A stretch of 64,000 bases of DNA from Myxococcota bacterium (GCA_039028615.1 JBCCHT010000034.1:80944-144943); one strand, 5' to 3'. Numbered from the stretch's first letter, positions 36,405 through 45,547 are shown. The notes: generated from the letters alone by a model not told the origin. A program made the numbers and translations.

Positions 36405-37532
36405 CTACGGGCTCCAGCAGCTCGTTGCCGCGGGGTCGTGGTGGATGTGCACGGGCTCGCCGCACGCGGTCATGCCCGCGTGGTCGTTGGCCACGACACA
36501 CGCCTCGGTCGCGCCGGGGTCCCGCTGAAACTCGAGGGTGTAGGACCAGTGCCCCCACACGTTCACGCTGGGGATGTTGCAGTAGTTGCACCCGTCGTTG
36601 TTCGTCTCCCACCAACCGGTCGTCAGCTCGGTGGCGATGTCCGAGGCGGCCCCGTCGATGTTCGCCTCCAGCACGAACAAGCCGTGATCGGAGATCGGCC
36701 AGTAGTTGAAGACCATGCCGTGCCCATCGGGTCCGGTGACGATCTGCGTGGGCAGGGGCTGCTCGCCCTGGTTGTAGATGGACTCGGAGTCGGTGCTGTC
36801 CACCGGACGTAGCGCCACGGGCACGCCTTCCATGCCGACGCCGTCTTCGTCGCGAACCCATACGTGCAGCTCGTTGCCGTAGGTGGGCTGCTCGGCGCAG
36901 GTCCACTGGTGGTTGGCGCGGACCTTGAAGATGCCGCCGTCGATCGGAGGCCCCACCGGGCGCGGGGTGACCTCGATCTCGGCGCTGGCCTCGGTGGCCC
37001 CGTCGATGATGCTGCGCAAACACAGGCCCCCGAGCGGGACCTCGGCAATCGCGTAGTAGTACAGCGCCTCGCCGCCTTGGATCGTCGAGGGGCTCAGCGT
37101 GCGGGTGCCGTTGCGATCGACGACCTCGAGGTCCATCGGCGGGGCGTCGGTACGCGAGGTGCCGTTGGTGGCGCGAACGATGACGCTGAGGGTGTCGCCC
37201 GGGTGCGGGTCCGCCGGATCGAAGAGCACCTGGGCATCGAGTACCGGAGAGTCGGCCGCGACCGCGTCGCAGTCGAAGGGCGGCAGCGGCTCCCCCGTGC
37301 TGCCGTCCTGGCTCCCCGATTCCTCGGCCTGCCCGGTCGAGTCGGTCGACTCCATCGCGTCGGTGTCATCGGGAACCGACGCTTCACCGCCCGAGCTCGA
37401 GCCCGGCCCCCACGAGGCACCCAGACCCTGCGATCCAAAGCTCGCCCCCGCGCCGGGCTCGGCAACACAGCCCAGCCCGAGCGACACCCCCAGCAGCATC
37501 CATCTCCATCGCAACCACGAACGCACGCGCAT
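36405..37532 (-). CDS. Hypothetical Cys/Trp-rich lipoprotein
   Basis: Lipobox LGLGC, S/T/E linker, beta-rich domains, GHWSYTLEFQR. Confidence 0.72.
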   Translation of the reverse strand: MRVRSWLRWRWMLLGVSLGLGCVAEPGAGASFGSQGLGASWGPGSSSGGEASVPDDTDAMESTDSTGQAEESGSQDGSTGEPLPPFDCDAVAADSPVLDAQVLFDPADPHPGDTLSVIVRATNGTSRTDAPPMDLEVVDRNGTRTLSPSTIQGGEALYYYAIAEVPLGGLCLRSIIDGATEASAEIEVTPRPVGPPIDGGIFKVRANHQWTCAEQPTYGNELHVWVRDEDGVGMEGVPVALRPVDSTDSESIYNQGEQPLPTQIVTGPDGHGMVFNYWPISDHGLFVLEANIDGAASDIATELTTGWWETNNDGCNYCNIPSVNVWGHWSYTLEFQRDPGATEACVVANDHAGMTACGEPVHIHHDPAATSCWSP

Positions 37533-37604
37533 GGACCCCCCGCGGCATCAGTTGCCGCGGAGCGCCGATGGTTCACGGAGGATCGAAGACGGCCCGACGA
37601 AGGC

Positions 37605-38678
37605 TCAGCCCGCGGCGTCGGCGCTGGCCGCCACCTCGTCGCCGCCCTCTTTGGCCTCGTCCTCGGCCGTGGGCGGCGGGGTCTTGCGGACCTCGACCGA
37701 GCCGTGCTCGGCCATCATGCGGTCCCACAGCGATTCCTCGGTGCGCAGGCCCAGCTCGGTGAGCACCAGGGGCCGCTTGAGCTGCGCCTTGCGGAAGACG
37801 GCGGGCGGCGCATCGGGCTGCTCGGGGTCGATGTCCTTGATGGTGAGCTGCTCGCTCACCGAGACCTCGCCCTCCTCGAAGTCGAAGCTGCGCACGAGCT
37901 CGAAGCGACGGATGATGCCGCCGTCGCGCTTCATCTCGGACTCGCGAGACAGCGGGAAGGTGGCCGCACCGAGGCAGGCCTCGGTGTCGTCGTCGATGAG
38001 GGGCCGCTCGGTGAAGCGGTTGCCGTTCATCGGCACCAGGCGCATCACCCGGGCGCACTTTTTGGGGTCGTCGGGCTCGCAGACCATGCTGTCGACGACC
38101 AGCACCGTGGTCTCGCCCATGGGCTCGAGCCGCATGCGCACACGGTTGGGGTTGGCCCGCAGCGCCCCGATGGCCCGGATGGCGATGCCGTTGGGGCGGA
38201 ACTCGGCGATGGCGATGGGCCCGAGCGCGTCGCCGTCTTCGAAGTAGTCGGTGCGCGCCCACACCAGCGCCTTGCCGTCGTCGAGACCGGTGATCTCGAG
38301 GTCCTTCTCGCCGTCGAGCGCTCGCGGGTCGAGCACGGGCGAGGGGTTCTCCGGGGTGATGCAGGAGGCGACGACCTCGTCCTCGATCTCGAGCGGCTTG
38401 CCCGTGCAGTCCTTGAGGGGCCGCGCCGCCTCGCCCGTCTTGGCGTTGAAGCTCTTGAGGATGAGCGCGAACCACACCTCGGGGGGCACGTTCTGGCTCT
38501 GGGTCTCCTCGGCCTCGCCGCCCTCGACCTCCGAGGCGCACACGGGCATCGGCCCGTCCACGGTCTTCTTGCACCCGAGGGGAGCCAACAGGCCCATGCC
38601 GAGCAACGCTGCCGTCTGGAGTCTCACGACAAGCTTCTTACCCCAAACGGCCGAGGACAGCGACCCCACCTCGGGCAC
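37605..38678 (-). CDS. Hypothetical lipoprotein downstream of tagH
   Basis: Lipobox APLGC, paired Cys, beta-rich. Start uncertain. Confidence 0.72.
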   Translation of the reverse strand: MPEVGSLSSAVWGKKLVVRLQTAALLGMGLLAPLGCKKTVDGPMPVCASEVEGGEAEETQSQNVPPEVWFALILKSFNAKTGEAARPLKDCTGKPLEIEDEVVASCITPENPSPVLDPRALDGEKDLEITGLDDGKALVWARTDYFEDGDALGPIAIAEFRPNGIAIRAIGALRANPNRVRMRLEPMGETTVLVVDSMVCEPDDPKKCARVMRLVPMNGNRFTERPLIDDDTEACLGAATFPLSRESEMKRDGGIIRRFELVRSFDFEEGEVSVSEQLTIKDIDPEQPDAPPAVFRKAQLKRPLVLTELGLRTEESLWDRMMAEHGSVEVRKTPPPTAEDEAKEGGDEVAASADAAG

Positions 38679-38741
38679 GGATCGAGCCCATCGGGGCGCG
38701 TGCGGGCGATTCGCGGCGGCGCAGCGGCGATCGAGGGCGGC

Positions 38742-40136
38742 TCAGCCCCCGGCCCCTTCGCCGCCCACCTCGGCGTATGCGCGGGCGAACTCGGGGCCGA
38801 ACACGTGTTCGGTGATGTTCCGATCGGCCTCGGTGAGCTCTTCGTAGCGCTGCACGAAGGCCTTCCAGGCCGACGCGCCGCGGCTGCCCCACGCGCTCGA
38901 AACCCCGCGCTCGATCTCGGCCGGATCGAGGCGCGCGAGCAAGCTCCGCACGCCTTCCATCACGCCGTTGATGAGCGCGACCTGGTGGATCATCAGGTCC
39001 GCGTAGACGCCGGTCAGCTCCTGCGTGCGGTGGGGCCCGCCCTTTTGCCAGTCGAGCAGGTACTTCAGGACGTTCTCCGGCGTGCCCGCGGCATGCAGCG
39101 GCGTGAACTCCTTGATGGTGCGGACGCCCATCTCGCGACCGAACTGCTCCTGGCCCTTTTGCAGCTCGACGAAGGCCTTGGCGCTCGCCTGCAGCACGTC
39201 GCCCACGCAGGCCAAGAAGCGCTCGGCGTCCTCGGAGCTGCGGGGCACCTCTTCGTCGGGGCTCATGGTCTGGCTCAGCCGCTGCACCGCGGACATGCCT
39301 TCGCCCTCGCCTCCACCACCGCCGCTCGCCCCGGGCACGTTGGCCCCGAGCTGACGGGCGAAGCCCACGAACTCTTTTTCGTCGGCCAGGGCCGGGAACT
39401 CGCGGGCCAGCACCGACACCGCGAACTCGTGCAGCGACGGGTGCATGCCCTGCAGCGCAGACTGCAGCGCGTTGCCGACCTGCGACCACGACTGCCGGTA
39501 CACGTCGTAGAGCGGACGCACCTGCTGGATCGCATGGTGCACGTCGGACATCTGCACGTGCGCCGTGCCGGGCCCGGACGCGGGCACGGGCTGCGAAGGG
39601 CCGCGATCGATCGAGCCCTGCATCGCGTTGCCGGCATGGCCGTACACGGGCGCAGGCGGTTGGTGCTGACCGAGCGCGGGCCCGGGAGGCTGCGGCATCG
39701 GTGGTTGATGAATCGGCGCCGGCGGAACCGATTGCGGAGCCTGGTGTGGGACCTGCGGCGGATACCCGGTGGGCGGCGCCACCGAAGGGGCCGGAGCAGC
39801 TTCGTAGCCCGAGGGGTAGATCTGCGAGACGTCGGCGCGATTGAAGCGGAGCTCCAGCTTACCGATGGTCACCGACAACATGTCGCCGACCACCACCGCC
39901 TCGCCCGCTTGGATCTTGCGCCCGTTGAGCAGCGTGCCGTTGGTCGAGCCGAGGTCGAAGAACTTGGCCTGCCCGTCATCGAAACGCACGACCGCGTGCC
40001 AGCCCGAGACGAACGGGAACGGCAGCGGAAGGTCGTTGAGCGGATTGCGCCCGATTCGGACGGGCGACGAGCCAAACGTATGGTCTGCCGTCGTCCCCGC
40101 CTCGGAGTCGAACACGGTGATCACCACGGGCCGCAT
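38742..40136 (-). CDS. tagH: T6SS-associated FHA protein TagH/Fha
   Basis: FHA RIGRN...VSGWHA...DLGSTNGT; Pro/Gln linker; C-terminal DLMIHQVALINGV...LARLDP...FGPEFARAY, typical of the T6SS Fha C-domain. Confidence 0.88.
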   Translation of the reverse strand: MRPVVITVFDSEAGTTADHTFGSSPVRIGRNPLNDLPLPFPFVSGWHAVVRFDDGQAKFFDLGSTNGTLLNGRKIQAGEAVVVGDMLSVTIGKLELRFNRADVSQIYPSGYEAAPAPSVAPPTGYPPQVPHQAPQSVPPAPIHQPPMPQPPGPALGQHQPPAPVYGHAGNAMQGSIDRGPSQPVPASGPGTAHVQMSDVHHAIQQVRPLYDVYRQSWSQVGNALQSALQGMHPSLHEFAVSVLAREFPALADEKEFVGFARQLGANVPGASGGGGGEGEGMSAVQRLSQTMSPDEEVPRSSEDAERFLACVGDVLQASAKAFVELQKGQEQFGREMGVRTIKEFTPLHAAGTPENVLKYLLDWQKGGPHRTQELTGVYADLMIHQVALINGVMEGVRSLLARLDPAEIERGVSSAWGSRGASAWKAFVQRYEELTEADRNITEHVFGPEFARAYAEVGGEGAGG

Positions 40137-40338
40137 GGACGCACGATGCCCCGGCTTCGGGCCGGAGGTGGATGGGAGCGTAACACGGGCCCCAAAACAA
40201 CAACCACGGTCCAGCGGTTCAGGCCCGGCGACCGTGTAGCCGGCCGTCCTGCGCCTCGATCACATAGCGCGAATGCCGCCCGTGCTAGGATGAAGGTTCG
40301 CTGTCGCGGGAACGCGCAGCGCCGGTGCTCGTGCGGTC

Positions 40339-42156
40339 ATGGCCTCCAACTCGCATTCATCGTCCGATGAGGACACCGGCTCCTCTGGAGCGCTGAGGCT
40401 GGTCACGCCTTCGGCCCAGGGCGGGACTGCGAGCGGGGACACGGGGGAGGAGTCCAAGGACTCGGGCCAGGGCGACTTCAACCTCCGCATCCTGAACCCG
40501 ATGTTCAGGTACATGAGGGCCAAGTTCGGCGCCGACGTCCTGGACGACGTGGTCCGCGACTGCGGGATCGCCCCCGAGACGATCCGCCGCAACAACGAGT
40601 GGATCCGTCACGAGCAGCTCGAGCGCCTGCTCTCCGCCGCCCGGGAGATGACCGGCAGCGACGAAGAGTTCATGCGGGCCTGCACCTTCGAGCTGAAGAA
40701 GCAGTACGGCGCGTTCATCCTCATCGTCCGCGGGATGTCGGTCGGCATGACCTTCCGCATGATGGCCCGAACCAGTCCCATGGTCTGCCGGGCGAGCTAC
40801 TTCGAGGTCGTCGACGGCAGCCGCACTTCGGTGCGGGTCCGGTACGTCACCCAGCACAACGAGAGCCGACTGAGCTGCTTGTCGCGACAGGCGCAGCTCA
40901 AGATGGGCCCCACGCTGTTCATGGGCATGGCGCCCGCGCGCCTCAGCGAGCACAGCTGCGTGGCGCACGGCGACGACTGCTGCGAATACGAGCTGAGCTG
41001 GTACGAGCCGCTGCGGACCCGCCGGGTCATCGCTGGGCTCGCGCTCGGGGCCGCAGCCGCAGCCGCGATCCCCACCAGCTGGGCCGCGCCCGTGCTCGCG
41101 TTCACCGTGCTGCCGCTGCTCGGCGGCATCGCGGGCGCCTCGATCGAGCTGCGCCGCCTCATCGACGAGCACCTCAAGTTCTCCGACACCACCGCCCGCG
41201 AGATGGAGCAGATCGTCGGCCAGCATACCCAGGCCATGGACGAGCTGACCGCCCTGCAAGAGCGCGAGCGCAACTGGAGCCGCTTGCTCGAGCAAGCGGT
41301 GTCCGACCGGACCCTCAAGCTCAACACCATCGTGCGGCGCCTCAAGTCGGTGCTCCGCCGCCGCACGGGCGAGTTCCCGGCGCTGCCCAGCGACCTCCAG
41401 CAGCCCCTCGACGCGCTCACCAGCCTCGCCGACGACCTCTCCGACGACGCGTCCGACCAGCAGTCGCCAGCCCACAACCCCACCAGCGAGAGCGCGGTCG
41501 ATCGCGTGTCCAAGCTGGTCGGTGAGCTGGTCGACATCGCCGAGCACGACCCGGTCCGCAACCAAGACGGGCCCGAGGAAGTCATGGTCGACGAGCTCGT
41601 CGCTCGGATCCGCCGCCACCTCAAGGCGACGATGATCGGCCGGGACGTCCGCATCACGGTGTTCCAGACCCGCGAGGCGCCCGAGCGCATCGTGACCGTC
41701 CGGACGATGCTCGAGCGCATCATCGACAACCTGCTGTTCAACGCCAGCCGGCACACCGAGCGCGGCAGCATCGTGGTCGAGGTCGGCGGTACGCCGGGCA
41801 GCCTGTTGCTGAAGCTCTCCGATACCGGCGAAGGGGTGGCCACCGAGCGCCTCGAGCAGGTCTTCGGCAACGACATGGCCAGCGCCAGCCTGCCCGCGCA
41901 CAACTCGGGCCTGAGTTCGGCCGCCGGGTTGCTCGATCGCCTGGGTGGGCGGCTCGAGGTCATGAGCGAGCCCAAGGTGGGTACCACCTTGTGGGTCTAC
42001 TTCCCCTTGGACATCCGTCGCGAAGGACAAGGGGATCGCGCTCGTAGTGAAGGCACCGCTGCCCCGCAGTCGGACGAGCCTCGCTCCGAGATGGTCGGTC
42101 GCGTCGTCACGATCCGGGCCCGCAGCGGCTCCGGCTCGCACGACGCCGCGGACTGA
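40339..42156 (+). CDS. Membrane sensor with V4R/H-NOX-like N-domain and GHKL ATPase domain; His-less (pseudo) histidine kinase
   Basis: N-domain ends CVAHGDDCCEYELSW; two TMs; coiled coil; H-box reads FPALPSDLQQPL; N-box IIDNLLFNASRHT; G1 LSDTGEG; G2 degenerate HNSGL; GTTLWVYFPL. Confidence 0.8.
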   Translation: MASNSHSSSDEDTGSSGALRLVTPSAQGGTASGDTGEESKDSGQGDFNLRILNPMFRYMRAKFGADVLDDVVRDCGIAPETIRRNNEWIRHEQLERLLSAAREMTGSDEEFMRACTFELKKQYGAFILIVRGMSVGMTFRMMARTSPMVCRASYFEVVDGSRTSVRVRYVTQHNESRLSCLSRQAQLKMGPTLFMGMAPARLSEHSCVAHGDDCCEYELSWYEPLRTRRVIAGLALGAAAAAAIPTSWAAPVLAFTVLPLLGGIAGASIELRRLIDEHLKFSDTTAREMEQIVGQHTQAMDELTALQERERNWSRLLEQAVSDRTLKLNTIVRRLKSVLRRRTGEFPALPSDLQQPLDALTSLADDLSDDASDQQSPAHNPTSESAVDRVSKLVGELVDIAEHDPVRNQDGPEEVMVDELVARIRRHLKATMIGRDVRITVFQTREAPERIVTVRTMLERIIDNLLFNASRHTERGSIVVEVGGTPGSLLLKLSDTGEGVATERLEQVFGNDMASASLPAHNSGLSSAAGLLDRLGGRLEVMSEPKVGTTLWVYFPLDIRREGQGDRARSEGTAAPQSDEPRSEMVGRVVTIRARSGSGSHDAAD

Positions 42157-42213
42157 ACGGGGCTTTGTGCCCCCTTCCTACCTTCGCCCCCTTAACCTTT
42201 GGTTCGTACTCCG

Positions 42214-43947
42214 ATGACTGCCCCAACGCCCTCCGGGGAACGCATGGTCGACATCATGCTCCGCTACCTGCGAGCGGAGGGGACCCGCGTGGTCTTTGGT
42301 GTGCCGGGCGGGCTGCTGCACCCCTTCTTCACCGCCATCGAAGAAGACCCCGAGCTGCTGCTGGTGGTGACCAAGCACGAAGCCGGCGCGGCGTTCATGG
42401 CCGATGGCTACGCCCGCTCCACTGGCTCGCTGTCGGTCTGCGCGGGCACCTCGGGCCCCGGCGCCACCAACCTGCTCACCGGGGTCGCGGCGGCGTTCTC
42501 CGATGGCGTGCCCATGCTCGTGATCACCGGGCAGGCGCCGTCCCACACCATCGGTCGCGGTGCCGCCCAGGAGATGGCCCCCGAGGACGTCGACATCGTC
42601 GCGATGTTCCGGCCCGTCACCAAGTACTCGGTCATGATCCCCGCGCCCGACCGGGTCTCGCACCATCTCCGTCGGGCGCTGCGGCTCGCGCTCACCGGGC
42701 AGCCGGGCCCCGTGCACCTCAACGTGCCCGTCGACTTCTGGGAGCGCCCCGCTCGACCGGAGTGGTTCGCCCCCCAGAGCTACCGCCCCTCGACCCAGAC
42801 CTTCGACCGCGAGGCGGTTCGCGAGGCGTCGCGCTGGCTGGTCAACGCCGAGTACCCCGTGCTGCTGGTGGGCTCGGGCGTGGCCACCTCGAGCGCGCGT
42901 GTCGAGACGCGGGCACTCGCCGAGCGCCTGCCCGCCCGCGTCGCCACCACCCCGCGCGCCAAGGGGGTCTTTCCCGAGGACCACCCGCTATCGCTCGGGG
43001 TCATGGGCTTCGCCGGGCACACCACCGCGCGCGAGACCCTGCTCTCCGAGCGCGTCGACGTCTTGCTCACGGTCGGCGCCTCGCTCAACGAGACCACCAC
43101 CCTCAACTGGCATCCCAAGCTGATGCCCAGCCAGGCGCTCATCCAGCTCGACATCTCCGTCGACCGAATCGGCCGCAACTACCCGGTCACCGTGCCGCTG
43201 GTCGGCGACGCCCGCACCGTGCTCAACGAGCTGGCCTTCCACATCCAGCGCGAGCTCAAGGGCACCGTCACCGCGTCGCGCTGGGCCGAAGAGCCTCCCA
43301 TCGACCACGGCGACAGCTTCTACTCCGAGCCCGAGCTACGGAACTCCGACGCCATTCCCGTCACGCCCCAGCGCTGGCGCGTCGAGCTGGGCGAGATCCT
43401 GCCGGGCAACGCCATCGTGTTCTCCGACATCGGCGGGCACATGCTCTTCAACATCCAAGACCTGGCCATCCGCCACCGCCAGAGCTTCATGCTCAACCTG
43501 GGCTTCGGCTCCATGGGGCACGGCACAGCAGCGCCCGTCGGGGCCGCTCTGGCTGCGCCCCATCGCCCGGTGGTGGCGATCATCGGCGACGCCTGCTTCA
43601 CGATGTGCGGCATGGAGCTGCTCACCGCGGCCGAGTACGACGTGCCCGTCATCTGGATCGTCGAGAACAACCAGATGCACGGCATCACCTGGCACGGTAG
43701 CCGGCAGGTGGGCAACGGTGAGCCGATGGACGCCATCCGCTATCGTCGCTCCATCGAGATCGCCCGCATCTCACAATCCATGGGGGTCGACTCCTGGGTC
43801 GTGGATCGCCCCGGGCAGCTGCGCTCCGCGTTCATGGAGGCGCTCGAGCGCCGACGCCCCTCCCTCATCGAGATCCTCGTCGACGGGTCCATCCCTCCCC
43901 CGCTCGGTGACCGAGCCAAGTCCATCGCGGGCTTCCGCGATCGTTGA
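42214..43947 (+). CDS. Thiamine-diphosphate-dependent enzyme (acetolactate-synthase-like / acyloin-synthase-like)
   Basis: VFGVPGG, KHEAGAAFMADGYAR, TSGPGATN, PGPVHLNVP, GSMGHG, ThDP motif IIGDACF...IVENN; no ilvN/ilvC nearby. Confidence 0.9.
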   Translation: MTAPTPSGERMVDIMLRYLRAEGTRVVFGVPGGLLHPFFTAIEEDPELLLVVTKHEAGAAFMADGYARSTGSLSVCAGTSGPGATNLLTGVAAAFSDGVPMLVITGQAPSHTIGRGAAQEMAPEDVDIVAMFRPVTKYSVMIPAPDRVSHHLRRALRLALTGQPGPVHLNVPVDFWERPARPEWFAPQSYRPSTQTFDREAVREASRWLVNAEYPVLLVGSGVATSSARVETRALAERLPARVATTPRAKGVFPEDHPLSLGVMGFAGHTTARETLLSERVDVLLTVGASLNETTTLNWHPKLMPSQALIQLDISVDRIGRNYPVTVPLVGDARTVLNELAFHIQRELKGTVTASRWAEEPPIDHGDSFYSEPELRNSDAIPVTPQRWRVELGEILPGNAIVFSDIGGHMLFNIQDLAIRHRQSFMLNLGFGSMGHGTAAPVGAALAAPHRPVVAIIGDACFTMCGMELLTAAEYDVPVIWIVENNQMHGITWHGSRQVGNGEPMDAIRYRRSIEIARISQSMGVDSWVVDRPGQLRSAFMEALERRRPSLIEILVDGSIPPPLGDRAKSIAGFRDR

Positions 43948-43958
43948 GCCTTTGCCCG

Positions 43959-44666
43959 ATGAGCTCTGAACTCCGAGGTCCCATCGAAGACCGGCCGTGG
44001 CCGACCACCCTGCCCGGGCGCGTGGTCCGACCGGGGGCCGAGCCTCGGATCCGCGGCTACGACCTGCACGGCGACCTCGTACGGCACTACGGCTTCGCCG
44101 AGATCGCCCTCATCGCGCTGCACGGACAGGCTCCCGCGGGTAACGAGGGTCGGCTCTTCGAGCTTTCGCTGAGCTTGCTGAGTCCTTGCTCCGTCGCCGA
44201 AGCCCCCAGCCACGGGGCGCAGCTGGTGCGTCGGTGTGGCGCCCGCAGTGCAGCCGTGCTCTCGGCGGGCGCGGTGGCCCTGAGCGAGCAGGCCCAGGCC
44301 GTCGTGGACGAACATCGCGAGCTGCTCGCGTGGCTCGACGCCCCCGAGTCTGTGCTGCCGCCCGCCTATCAGAGCACCGAGCCGGCCGAGACCGACGCGG
44401 TGGCCCGCTTCGCCGAGCACGTGCGGGCCCTGGGGATCACGCTCCCCATCCTCGAGCAGACCCCGACCTTCCGGGCGGCCCTGCTCGCCGCGCTGCACCA
44501 CTGCGGGCTGCGGGATCCCGAGCGCCTGCAGGTGGCCTGGGTGCTGGCGCGGCTGCCCACCGTGCTGGCCGAGGCCCTCGAGCAACCCAGCGGCGAGCTC
44601 CGCAGCTACCCCATCGACCTGCCCCACTACGCGTACGTCCCCTCCGACGACGAACCCAGCCCCTGA
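43959..44666 (+). CDS. Citrate synthase / citryl-CoA lyase-fold protein A (degenerate)
   Basis: IRGYDLHGDLVRHYGFAEIALIALHGQAP and WVLARLPTVLAEALEQ resemble the N- and C-termini of citryl-CoA lyase; no GFGH or NxD motif. Confidence 0.65.
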   Translation: MSSELRGPIEDRPWPTTLPGRVVRPGAEPRIRGYDLHGDLVRHYGFAEIALIALHGQAPAGNEGRLFELSLSLLSPCSVAEAPSHGAQLVRRCGARSAAVLSAGAVALSEQAQAVVDEHRELLAWLDAPESVLPPAYQSTEPAETDAVARFAEHVRALGITLPILEQTPTFRAALLAALHHCGLRDPERLQVAWVLARLPTVLAEALEQPSGELRSYPIDLPHYAYVPSDDEPSP

Positions 44667-44680
44667 GCGGCCCGCGAACC

Positions 44681-45487
44681 ATGTCCGCGCCATCCATCGT
44701 CACCCACGTGGGTCATGCTTCGTGGGGCGACAACCTCTACCGGGGCTACGGCGTGCTGAACGACCTGGCGGGCACCGACGGGTTCTGGAGCATGATCTCG
44801 ATGTCGCTGGGCGGACCTCGGCTCGAACCACGCCAGTGCCGGGTGCTCGACGAGCTGTCGACCTGTAGCTTCGCCGCCGACCCGAGGGTGTGGCCGATGA
44901 AGGCGGTGCGGATGGGTGCGGCCTACGGCAGCGTCACCGCGGGCTTGTGCGTGGGGCTGCTGGCAGTCGACCACGCCCGCATGGGCCCCGCGATCGCGGG
45001 CGGAGCGGCGAAGATCTTCGTGGGCCTGATGCCACCGGGCGAGCCGATGCCCCCCACCGAAGGACTCCACACCGAGCTCGATGCCCTGGTGGCCTCGGGG
45101 AGTCGCCTCGATGGTTTCGGCGTGCCCTTCCGTCCCCGAGACGAGCGCGTCGATGCCCTGCGGCGCTGCATGGCCGCGCACCCGGAGGACGAGGGCCCCT
45201 ACTGGCGGCTGATGAACGCCGTCGACGAGTACCTCGCGGCGCACCATCGGCTCCCCATCAACATCGCGGGCGCAGCCGCAGCGGTCGCCCTCGATCTCGG
45301 TTTTCGGCCGCGACAGATCACCCACCTGCCCGCCGCCCTGCTGCTGTCGAACTTCCTCGCCAACGCCTACGAGGGTGCAGCCCAGCGTCCCGCCGTCTTG
45401 CAGCGGCTCCCCGATGCGGTGATCGAGTACGTGGGTGAGCCCGACCGTCGCAGCCCCCGAGCCCTCGCGGCGGAACCCGGCGGCTGA
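44681..45487 (+). CDS. Citrate synthase / citryl-CoA lyase-fold protein B (degenerate)
   Basis: YRGYGVLNDLAG, DPRVWP, LDGFGVPFRPRDER (compare GFGHxxxxxxDPR), PINIAGAAAAVALDLGF (compare NVDG...DLGF). Confidence 0.72.
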   Translation: MSAPSIVTHVGHASWGDNLYRGYGVLNDLAGTDGFWSMISMSLGGPRLEPRQCRVLDELSTCSFAADPRVWPMKAVRMGAAYGSVTAGLCVGLLAVDHARMGPAIAGGAAKIFVGLMPPGEPMPPTEGLHTELDALVASGSRLDGFGVPFRPRDERVDALRRCMAAHPEDEGPYWRLMNAVDEYLAAHHRLPINIAGAAAAVALDLGFRPRQITHLPAALLLSNFLANAYEGAAQRPAVLQRLPDAVIEYVGEPDRRSPRALAAEPGG

Positions 45488-45492
45488 ATTGC

Positions 45493-45524
45493 CGAGCGCG
45501 CCCGGCTTGCACCGCGCGCGCTCG
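45493..45524. terminator. Hairpin between convergent genes
   Basis: CGAGCGCGC pairs with GCGCGCTCG, 9-bp stem; no clear U-tract. Confidence 0.35.
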
Positions 45525-45547
45525 ACTCGACGAAACCGCAGGAGCGG

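Noticed and set aside
36864..40370. 1168-aa + strand ORF spanning tagH and the lipoprotein genes
   Set aside because: Antisense shadow with Arg/Gly/His-rich composition; the - strand genes carry clear motifs.
42157..42213. Possible TPP riboswitch upstream of the ThDP enzyme
   Set aside because: Only 57 nt with a 5-bp hairpin (GGGGC/GCCCC) and a pyrimidine tract; no THI-box consensus such as CUGAGA.
40137..45547. Cassette as a mobile element
   Set aside because: No integrase or transposase, no terminal repeats or target duplication seen, and composition resembles the flanks.
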